From assembly GCF_000009705.1 (NCBI RefSeq), contig NC_003272.1, positions 6,360,001-6,392,000 on the forward strand: a DNA stretch of 32,000 nt. Direction: 5' to 3'. The first letter of the stretch is position 1. Each line of letters opens with the position of its first letter. Below the pieces are notes generated by a model that made no database searches, had not been told where the DNA came from, and was given only the letters and a program-made list of their open reading frames with translations. This document shows, piece by piece, positions 25,520-32,000 of the stretch. The stretch is from Nostoc sp. PCC 7120 = FACHB-418 (lineage in GTDB: Bacteria; Cyanobacteriota; Cyanobacteriia; Cyanobacteriales; Nostocaceae). The translations under genes and the position numbers were made by a program.

Positions 25520-28500
25520 ATGTCTGCTAATCCAATTGATACAGCCTTAGCGGAGTTAGAAGCCCAAATAAATAACTGCGAAAAGGCTTTGTTGAGGTGT
25601 ATTGAGGAAAAGAAAATGAAATCAGAAAAACCAATGTCAATCAACAAAATTAATAGACAGCTACAACATAATCCTATTGCCATTATTGGTATGGCTTCTC
25701 TACTCCCCGAAGCGAGAAATTTACGGGAGTATTGGCAAAACATAGTTAACAAAATTGATTGTATCACTGATGTTCCTGCCACTCACTGGAGCGTTGAAGA
25801 TTACTACGACCCCAACCCCAGAACCACCGAAGATAAAACCTATTGTAAACGGGGTGGCTTTATTCCTGAGGTTGATTTTAACCCAATGGAATTTGGCATT
25901 CCTCCCAGCATCTTGGAAGTAACCGATGTTTCCCAACTATTAAGTTTAGTAGTTGCGAAAGAAGCGATGGAAGATGCTGGTTACGGCGAATCTCGCGAAT
26001 TTAACCGCGATTTGGTGGGGGTAATCTTGGGTGTGGCTATGGCCAAGCAATTGGGTATGCCATTGTCTGCACGGTTAGAATATCCAATTTGGGAAAAAGT
26101 CCTCAAAAACAGTGGACTTTCCGACGAAGACACCAAGAAAATCGTCGATAAAATCAAAAGTGCTTACGTCAAGTGGGATGAGAACGCCTTCCCCGGTATG
26201 CTGGCTAACGTCGTTGCTGGACGTATCGCCAACCGCTTGAACTTTGGCGGGATGAACTGCGTCGTGGATGCAGCTTGCGCTAGTTCCTTCGGTGCTTTGA
26301 AGATGGCCATTAGCGAACTAGTGGAACATCGTGCCGATATGATGCTGACTGGTGGTGTAGACACAGATAACACCATCATGGCTTATATCTCCTTTAGCAA
26401 AACCCCAGCCGTATCTCCTAGTGATAACGTCAAACCCTTCGATGCAAAATCCGACGGGATGATGTTGGGTGAAGGTATCTGTATGCTGGTGCTGAAGCGT
26501 TTGGAAGATGCAGAACGTGATGGCGATCGCATTTATGCAACTATTAAAGGGATCGGTACTTCTAGCGATGGTCGTTACAAGAGCATATATGCTCCCCGCA
26601 AGGAAGGACAAGTCAACGCCCTACGTCGCGCTTATGAAGATGCGGGCTTCTCTCCCGCAACCGTTGGTCTGATGGAAGCCCACGGTACTGGGACAATGGC
26701 TGGCGACCCCACCGAGTTCGGTTCTTTAAGAGATTACTTTGGCGAACACGACAAGAAAAAGCAGCATATTGCTTTGGGTAGTGTAAAGTCCCAAATCGGT
26801 CACACCAAAGCGGCGGCTGGTGCAGCAAGCTTGATTAAAACAGCCTTGGCACTGCACCATAAAGTATTACCAGCGACAATTAATATTACTGAGCCTAACC
26901 CCAAGCTCAACATCACAGAATCCGCTTTTTACCTCAACACCGAAACCAGACCTTGGATTCGCCCAGAAGGAGAAGCACCAAGAAGGGCTGGGGTGAGTTC
27001 CTTCGGTTTTGGTGGGACAAACTACCACGTAGTTCTCGAAGAACACGAAGCCGAACAAAATCGCCCTTACCGCTTACACAACAGCGCCAGCGAAATCTTA
27101 CTGTTTGCTGCAAACCCGGCGGAACTCCTCAAACAGTGTGAGGAAGTTTTAGGTAAGTTGCAATCTGCGGGTGGTAACAAGCACTATTCCCAATTGGTAC
27201 AAGATTGTCAATCAGTCGAAATTCCCCAAAATGCAGCTAGATTAGGCTTTGTCGCTGAAAATATGCAAGAAGCTTGCAAGTTCATGCAAACCAGCATTGA
27301 CTGGCTGAAACACAAAGCAGGAGCAGCTAACTGGGAACATCCCCAAGGTATTTACTACCGTGCTTCCGGTATGGAATTAAACGGTAAAGTTGTCTCCCTG
27401 TTCTCCGGTCAAGGTTCTCAATACCTGGAAATGGGACGGGAACTGGTGATGAACTTCCCCACCTTGCGCCGTCTGTTCGGTTACATGGATGGGTTGTTAC
27501 TCAAAAATAACCTCCGCCCCCTATCTGAGATTGTTTTCCCCAATCCTGTGTTTGATGAAGCCCAGAAAAATGCTCAAGTTGCTGCACTGCAACGCACAGA
27601 ATACGCACAGCCAGCAATTGGGGCATTTAGCGCCGGGTTGTATTCTATCCTCAAGCAAGCTGGGTTTAAGTCTGACTTTGTAGCCGGACACAGCTTCGGG
27701 GAAATCACCGCTTTGTGGGCTGCGGGTGTGTTGAGTGACGCAGATTATATGTACCTAGTGAAAGCTAGGGGTCAAGCAATGGCTGCGCCAGAAGACCCAG
27801 ACCATGATGCAGGGACAATGCTGGCGGTGAAGGAAGACCTCAACAAAATTGAACCAATCCTCAAGCAGTTCCCTCAAGTTAGCATTGCTAATTACAATTC
27901 TCCCACCCAGATTGTCTTGGCAGGGCCGACAGGCGAAATCGCAAAAGTCCGTCAAGCTCTACAAGCCCAAGGTTACGCGGCTGTACCCTTACCAGTCTCC
28001 GCCGCCTTCCACACCTCACTGATTGCTTTCGCCCAAAAATCCTTTGCGATCGCCACAAAATCAGTCCAATTCAACGAGCCAAAAATCCCTGTATTCACCA
28101 ACGTTACAGGTAAGCCTTATCCCAAAGACCCCCAAGCGATTCAAAAAATCCTGGAAACCCACCTGGCTAACTCGGTGTTGTTCAAGCAGGAAATTGAAAA
28201 TATCTACGCTGCTGGCGGTCATTGCTTCGTAGAGTTTGGGCCGAAGCGGATTCTCACCAACTTGGTGAAAGATATCCTTGGCGATCGCCCCCACATCACC
28301 GTCTCCTTGAACCCCAGCACCCAGAAGAACAGCGATCGCTCTTTGCGGGAAGCAGCCGTACAAATGCGTGTGATTGGGATGCAGTTGCACAACCTCGACC
28401 CATACCAAGCACCACCTGCACTACCCCCAGCCGAGACAAAGAAAGGTCTGAATGTCACCTTACGGGGTATCAACTACAGGTCAGAAAAAACCAAAAAGGC

Positions 28501-30145
28501 ATGGGAAGACGCAATGAACGATGGGTTCAAAGTCTCCCTACCCTCTGCACCTACTGTCACAGTTCCCCCTGTCATCTCTGAACCTGTAACACCAGTCAAA
28601 GAGACTAACGGTAACGGACATGGCAAAATCGCCGAACTACCCAAGATTTTAAATAACTCTACTAGTATTACCCCTGCCAAACCTGAAATGAATTCTGCGA
28701 TCGTTTCACCCAAACTAGTCGAAGAAAAGAAGATGCAAACACCAGAAAAACTGGACAACTACAAGCGAGTGCTAGAAAGCTTAGAGTACCTGACAACTCA
28801 GTTCCAAAAAAACCAAACTGAGAACCTCCAAGTTCACGGTACTTACCTCAACCATCAGATGGAATATACCAAAGCGTTCTTCCAACTGATGCAGCAACAA
28901 AACGCCTTGTTTGCAAACGCCAAATCTTCCCAAGAAGCTGCACAGCTAAAACTAGTGGTGATGGAAAGCTTGGATCGCAGCATGATGCAGTTTCACTCCC
29001 AACAAGGTGAAACCCTCCGCATCCATGAGAAATACCTCCAAGAACAGGTGGCTTATGCTAGAAACTTTTTTGAACTGATTCAACAACAATATTCAATGGT
29101 GTTGTCTGGTCAAGTGAATACGCCAGTCATTGAGACACCAGTCAAGGAAACTCCTGCTTTCACCATTGAAGCACCCGTAACTCCCACAGCAAAAATCGTT
29201 GAGCCTCAACCTGAGTCTGTGGTCAAAAATGGCTTCAACATTGTTGATGCACCAGTTACCCTCGCACCCACAGCTTGGCAAATTCAGTCTGAACCTGTAG
29301 TTGCAGCAACCGCTTCTGTCGTCTCTACCATTGAGCCTGAGCCAGTAATTGAAGCACCCGTAGCTGCACCCGTAGTCAACCAAGTTGTAGAATTTACTTC
29401 CGCACCTGCACCTGTAGCCGCACCAGCCATTGATGTTGCTGACTTGGATAAGAACCTCCTAGCAATTATCAGTGATAAGACTGGTTATCCAGTAGAGATG
29501 CTGGAACTGGAAATGGACATGGAGGCAGATTTAGGGATTGACTCCATCAAGCGGGTAGAAATCTTAGGGGGATTACAAGAAGTGTATCCCGACCTACCCA
29601 AGCCCAACTTAGAAGAACTGGCAGAAAAACGCACCATCGGGCAGATTGTTGATTATCTCAAAGCTAACACCGCTATTAGCCAATCTGTAGGCATAGCAAT
29701 TCAGCAAGCGCAACAAGCAGCCGAGATACCAGCACCAGTAGTTACTGCAAGTATAGCTGCACCGGAACCTGTAGTTGCTCCTACACCCATTGCACCTGAG
29801 CCAGTCGCTATTCCTGCAACACCAGAGCCGGAAGCAGTCGCAGACACCACCGACTACGCAGACTTAGCGCAAACCCTACTCAACATTACTAGCGATAAGA
29901 CTGGCTACCCAGTGGAAATGCTAGAACTCGATATGGACATGGAAGCAGACCTGGGGATTGACTCCATCAAACGGGTAGAAATCCTGGGAGCAATGCAAGA
30001 AACTTACCCCAACCTACCCAAGCCCAACATTGAGGAATTAGGCGACCTCCGCACCATTCGGCAAATTGTTGACTACCTCCAGAAGCTGGCGGGAGGTGAA
30101 AAAAAAAGTCTCAGTCTGAGCGGGACTGGCAGCCAGTCAGTATAA
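25520..30145 (+). CDS. hglE: Heterocyst-glycolipid polyketide synthase HglE (PfaA-like): KS - AT - helical duplicated linker - ACP - ACP
   Basis: The KS runs about 25679-27046 with the active-site Cys in DAACASS (TGC 26276-26278), HGTGT and a GSVKSQIGH histidine. The AT has GQGSQ (~27409) and GHSFGE (Ser AGC 27692-27694). Two ACPs carry LGIDSIKRVEI (Ser TCC 29543-29545 and 29963-29965). The start is uncertain: in-frame ATGs lie at 25520, 25616 (GAGGAA upstream) and 25634. Confidence 0.9.
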   Translation: MSANPIDTALAELEAQINNCEKALLRCIEEKKMKSEKPMSINKINRQLQHNPIAIIGMASLLPEARNLREYWQNIVNKIDCITDVPATHWSVEDYYDPNPRTTEDKTYCKRGGFIPEVDFNPMEFGIPPSILEVTDVSQLLSLVVAKEAMEDAGYGESREFNRDLVGVILGVAMAKQLGMPLSARLEYPIWEKVLKNSGLSDEDTKKIVDKIKSAYVKWDENAFPGMLANVVAGRIANRLNFGGMNCVVDAACASSFGALKMAISELVEHRADMMLTGGVDTDNTIMAYISFSKTPAVSPSDNVKPFDAKSDGMMLGEGICMLVLKRLEDAERDGDRIYATIKGIGTSSDGRYKSIYAPRKEGQVNALRRAYEDAGFSPATVGLMEAHGTGTMAGDPTEFGSLRDYFGEHDKKKQHIALGSVKSQIGHTKAAAGAASLIKTALALHHKVLPATINITEPNPKLNITESAFYLNTETRPWIRPEGEAPRRAGVSSFGFGGTNYHVVLEEHEAEQNRPYRLHNSASEILLFAANPAELLKQCEEVLGKLQSAGGNKHYSQLVQDCQSVEIPQNAARLGFVAENMQEACKFMQTSIDWLKHKAGAANWEHPQGIYYRASGMELNGKVVSLFSGQGSQYLEMGRELVMNFPTLRRLFGYMDGLLLKNNLRPLSEIVFPNPVFDEAQKNAQVAALQRTEYAQPAIGAFSAGLYSILKQAGFKSDFVAGHSFGEITALWAAGVLSDADYMYLVKARGQAMAAPEDPDHDAGTMLAVKEDLNKIEPILKQFPQVSIANYNSPTQIVLAGPTGEIAKVRQALQAQGYAAVPLPVSAAFHTSLIAFAQKSFAIATKSVQFNEPKIPVFTNVTGKPYPKDPQAIQKILETHLANSVLFKQEIENIYAAGGHCFVEFGPKRILTNLVKDILGDRPHITVSLNPSTQKNSDRSLREAAVQMRVIGMQLHNLDPYQAPPALPPAETKKGLNVTLRGINYRSEKTKKAWEDAMNDGFKVSLPSAPTVTVPPVISEPVTPVKETNGNGHGKIAELPKILNNSTSITPAKPEMNSAIVSPKLVEEKKMQTPEKLDNYKRVLESLEYLTTQFQKNQTENLQVHGTYLNHQMEYTKAFFQLMQQQNALFANAKSSQEAAQLKLVVMESLDRSMMQFHSQQGETLRIHEKYLQEQVAYARNFFELIQQQYSMVLSGQVNTPVIETPVKETPAFTIEAPVTPTAKIVEPQPESVVKNGFNIVDAPVTLAPTAWQIQSEPVVAATASVVSTIEPEPVIEAPVAAPVVNQVVEFTSAPAPVAAPAIDVADLDKNLLAIISDKTGYPVEMLELEMDMEADLGIDSIKRVEILGGLQEVYPDLPKPNLEELAEKRTIGQIVDYLKANTAISQSVGIAIQQAQQAAEIPAPVVTASIAAPEPVVAPTPIAPEPVAIPATPEPEAVADTTDYADLAQTLLNITSDKTGYPVEMLELDMDMEADLGIDSIKRVEILGAMQETYPNLPKPNIEELGDLRTIRQIVDYLQKLAGGEKKSLSLSGTGSQSV
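29441..30088 (+). other. Tandem ACP domain pair (29441-29668 and 29861-30088), 420-nt period, separated by a Pro/Ala/Val-rich linker
   Basis: The two ~76-aa units are nearly identical at the protein level (DKTGYPVEMLELxMDMEADLGIDSIKRVEILG...LPKPN.EEL...RTI.QIVDYL) and clearly similar at the DNA level. Confidence 0.9.
30099..30107 (+). repeat. A9 homopolymer 13 codons before the hglE stop
   Basis: Read directly: GGTGAAAAAAAAAGTC. The TGA at 30097-30099 is the last stop in the hglF reading frame, which is open from 30100 onward. Confidence 0.95.
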
Positions 30146-30201
30146 TCGGGAACGTCCCACGCCGTCCAGCCAAACTCAAATACCTGCCAACACCGGATAG
30201 C

Positions 30202-30852
30202 TTGGACTTTTCTTTACCAGAGGGACACATCTGTTTAATTACCGATGATGGTTCCCTCACCACCTCCCAAGTAGCGCAATCTCTGACAGAGCGTGGTTGG
30301 AAAGTTGTAGTCTTAAGCTTCCCCCAATCCCTGGTTCCCCAGCAATCGCCCTTACCCGCCAATGTGAACCGTGTCACCCTCGCAGATATGAGTGAAGAAC
30401 TACTCCAACACAAATTATCAGCGATCGCCTCAAACTACGGCAAGATTGGCGCTTTCATCCACATCCACCCGGTGTTCCAAAATTTGGGGATTTATATATC
30501 ACAAGAAAAGTCAATTGTCAAGCACGTCTTCTTTATGGCGAAACACTTGAAGAAATCCCTGACGGAAGCCGGACGTTATGAGCGTAGTTGTTTTGTGGCA
30601 GTGACTCAATTGGATGGAGCCTTTGGCTTAGAGCATAACACCAATTTTGGGGCGATCGCTGGCGGTTTGTTTGGACTAGTGAAAACTCTCAGATGGGAAT
30701 GGCCAAATGTCTTCACCAGAGGGATTGACTTAAGCCCCGCGTTGAACCCTCAGCAGTCAGCACAGTTTATTCTCGACGAACTACACGACTCCAACCTTTA
30801 TATCCCTGAAGTCGCTTACGGTTCCCAAGGACGCGTCACCCTCATCAGTTAA
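30202..30852 (+). CDS. hglF: HglF-like protein: stand-alone N-terminal (structural, pseudo-Rossmann) half of a PfaA-type ketoreductase
   Basis: 216 aa from the TTG at 30202, the first canonical start in this frame; no SD. ICLITDDGSLTTSQVAQSLTERGWKVVVLSF is a beta-alpha-beta unit lacking a GxGxxG. It sits where PfaA-type synthases have the KR N-terminal subdomain. The frame is open for 34 further codons upstream. Confidence 0.7.
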   Translation: MDFSLPEGHICLITDDGSLTTSQVAQSLTERGWKVVVLSFPQSLVPQQSPLPANVNRVTLADMSEELLQHKLSAIASNYGKIGAFIHIHPVFQNLGIYISQEKSIVKHVFFMAKHLKKSLTEAGRYERSCFVAVTQLDGAFGLEHNTNFGAIAGGLFGLVKTLRWEWPNVFTRGIDLSPALNPQQSAQFILDELHDSNLYIPEVAYGSQGRVTLIS

Positions 30853-30853
30853 T

Positions 30854-30927
30854 TACTCCGCGTTCCTCAGCGCTTACCTCCGCGTTCCTCTGCGTTGAAA
30901 AATATACTTTTTTACCTCACGCAGAGG
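30854..30927. repeat. Direct ~19-nt repeat (TACTCCGCGTTCCTCAGCG / TACCTCCGCGTTCCTCTGCG) plus a 9-bp stem-loop (CCTCTGCGT 30887-30895 / ACGCAGAGG 30919-30927)
   Basis: Read directly in the 114-bp hglF-hglG spacer. Confidence 0.85.
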
Positions 30928-30966
30928 AGCAGAGAGATAAATGAGATACTTTTACAACTCAATTAT

Positions 30967-32000
30967 ATGACTACACTCACTCAAGTTCGTCCTGCTTCGG
31001 TTTTTGTTGTAAGTGGTGGTGCGAAGGGCATTACGGCGCAGTGTGTGATTGAATTGGCGCAGCACCAGCCTTGTCGTTTTATTCTCCTTGGTCGGTCGGA
31101 AGTTATTGAAAATGAGCCGGATTTTGCTCGTGATTGTGTTGAGGAGTCGGTTTTAAAAAAGGCGATTATGCAGCATTTGTTGGCGCAAGGGGAAAAGCCT
31201 ACGCCAATGAGTGTGCAGAAGGTTTATCACAAGATTGTTTCTAGTCGAGAAATTAAGGCGACTTTGGAGGCGATCGCGGCGACGGGGTCACAGGTAGAAT
31301 ATATTGATGTTGATGTGACTAATGTGGCTGAGTTACGGCAGAAGTTAGCGGATGTGGGGAAAATTACGGGTATTATCCACGGTGCGGGTAATTTGGCGGA
31401 TAAGTTGATTGAGAAGAAGACAGACCAGGATTTTGAGAAGGTTTATACGGCGAAGGTGCAAGGGTTAGAAAATCTGCTGTCTTGTGTGGATGCTAATCAG
31501 TTAGAACATTTGGTGTTGTTTTCTTCAGTGGCTGGTTTTTATGGGAATATGGGGCAATCGGATTATGCGATCGCTAATGAAATTCTCAATAAGTCTGCCC
31601 ATTTAATTAAGCAAAACTATCCCCAGTGTCACGTTGTGGCTATCAATTGGGGCGGTTGGGATAGTGGGATGGTGACACCAGAACTGAAAAAAGCCTTTGC
31701 AGAACGGGGAATTGATATTATCCCTGTGGATGTGGGAACAAAGATGCTGGTGAATGAATTACATCCTAGTCACCATGATTCTACACAAGTGGTCATTGGT
31801 AGCCCCATTATTCCTGCGCCGGGAAACATTGACCCCCAGTTACGCAGCTATCGCATCCGTCGCCGCATGACTGTAGAGGCTAATCCCTTTCTCCTAGACC
31901 ATGTGATTGCTGGTACTCCAGTATTACCCGCTACCTGTGGGATGTCTTGGATGATTAATGCTTGTGAGGAGTGTTATCCCGGTTACAGGTATTTCCGTTG
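30967..32000 (+). CDS. hglG: HglG-like protein: KR catalytic half followed by a PKS-type dehydratase (PS-DH) domain; 3' end beyond the window
   Basis: The frame is open from the ATG at 30967 to the window end, so it is missing from the ORF track: MTTLTQVRPASVFVVSGGAKGITAQCV...ITGIIHGAGN...LFSSVAGFYGNMGQSDYAIANE...INWGGWDSGMV...RRRMTVEANPFLLDHVIAGTPVLPAT... It has the Rossmann motif SGGAKGIT, the KR catalytic S...YxxxN block, and the DH motif LxDHxxxGxxxxP. Confidence 0.85.
   Translation, partial: MTTLTQVRPASVFVVSGGAKGITAQCVIELAQHQPCRFILLGRSEVIENEPDFARDCVEESVLKKAIMQHLLAQGEKPTPMSVQKVYHKIVSSREIKATLEAIAATGSQVEYIDVDVTNVAELRQKLADVGKITGIIHGAGNLADKLIEKKTDQDFEKVYTAKVQGLENLLSCVDANQLEHLVLFSSVAGFYGNMGQSDYAIANEILNKSAHLIKQNYPQCHVVAINWGGWDSGMVTPELKKAFAERGIDIIPVDVGTKMLVNELHPSHHDSTQVVIGSPIIPAPGNIDPQLRSYRIRRRMTVEANPFLLDHVIAGTPVLPATCGMSWMINACEECYPGYRYFR

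Noticed and set aside
25200-25520. NtcA-type GTA-N8-TAC site upstream of hglE
   Set aside because: Scanning by eye found only near-misses (wrong spacing or wrong half-site), so no canonical site can be claimed from this sequence.
25450-29383. Numerous 60-119 aa ORFs on both strands inside hglE
   Set aside because: All are embedded in the 1541-aa PKS reading frame, whose KS, AT and ACP motifs are unambiguous. They are shadow ORFs.
30111-30413. 100-aa minus-strand ORF across the hglE/hglF junction
   Set aside because: It is antisense to two supported coding regions, with no signals of its own.

Overview
This is chromosomal DNA from a filamentous, heterocyst-forming cyanobacterium of the Nostoc/Anabaena type. 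Three signals support this directly: about 27 copies (hand count) of the HIP1 octamer GCGATCGC against about 0.5 expected by chance, many STRR-type tandem 7-8 nt arrays in intergenic spacers, and a cpcT phycobilin lyase gene next to the heterocyst-glycolipid (HGL) island.

Layout:
(i) 1-13.7 kb is an ordinary mixed region. It holds a partial DUF4118 histidine kinase divergent from a receiver-only response regulator, two secreted/lipoprotein unknowns, a GH31 alpha-glucosidase, and PRC-barrel and peptidoglycan-binding proteins. It also holds a MITE-like nested inverted repeat, a Zn-dependent dehydrogenase, a Cys-rich DUF326 four-helix-bundle protein, a decayed TrkH/KtrB pseudogene, tRNA-Cys(GCA), a CpdA-like metallophosphoesterase, cpcT and a TPR protein.
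(ii) 13.8-22.0 kb carries seven co-oriented minus-strand genes. In content and order they match, from memory, the HGL glycosylation/deposition genes described for Anabaena PCC 7120: hglT-like GT4, two tandem GT2 paralogs, DUF2141, hgdA-like epimerase, hgdC DevC-type permease and hgdB DevB-type fusion protein. No DevA-type ATPase is present.
(iii) 22.6-25.2 kb is a wedge with a ParB/Srx-HTH-coiled-coil protein fused to a shortened, motif-divergent DNA methyltransferase-like module, about 850 bp of ORF-free AT-rich DNA, and a 92-aa ORF.
(iv) 25.5-32.0 kb is a PfaA-like HGL polyketide synthase split into hglE (KS-AT-2xACP), hglF (KR structural half) and hglG (KR catalytic half + DH, running off the window).

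I found no self-contained new system: no CRISPR and no obvious defence or toxin-antitoxin operon. Most of the right two-thirds is a system already described genetically.

The observations most worth follow-up are:
(a) the ParB-methyltransferase-like fusion wedged between the hgd and hgl operons;
(b) an A9 tract at the hglE stop, exactly where the hglF reading frame opens, so a 1-nt slip would fuse the two proteins;
(c) an abrupt ~800-bp patch of G/T-ending codons covering the KR catalytic half of hglG;
(d) STRR-type arrays at four of the six gene junctions of the minus-strand hgd/hglT gene string and just past its last gene, including an octamer array that can pair with its own complement between the two GT2 paralogs.
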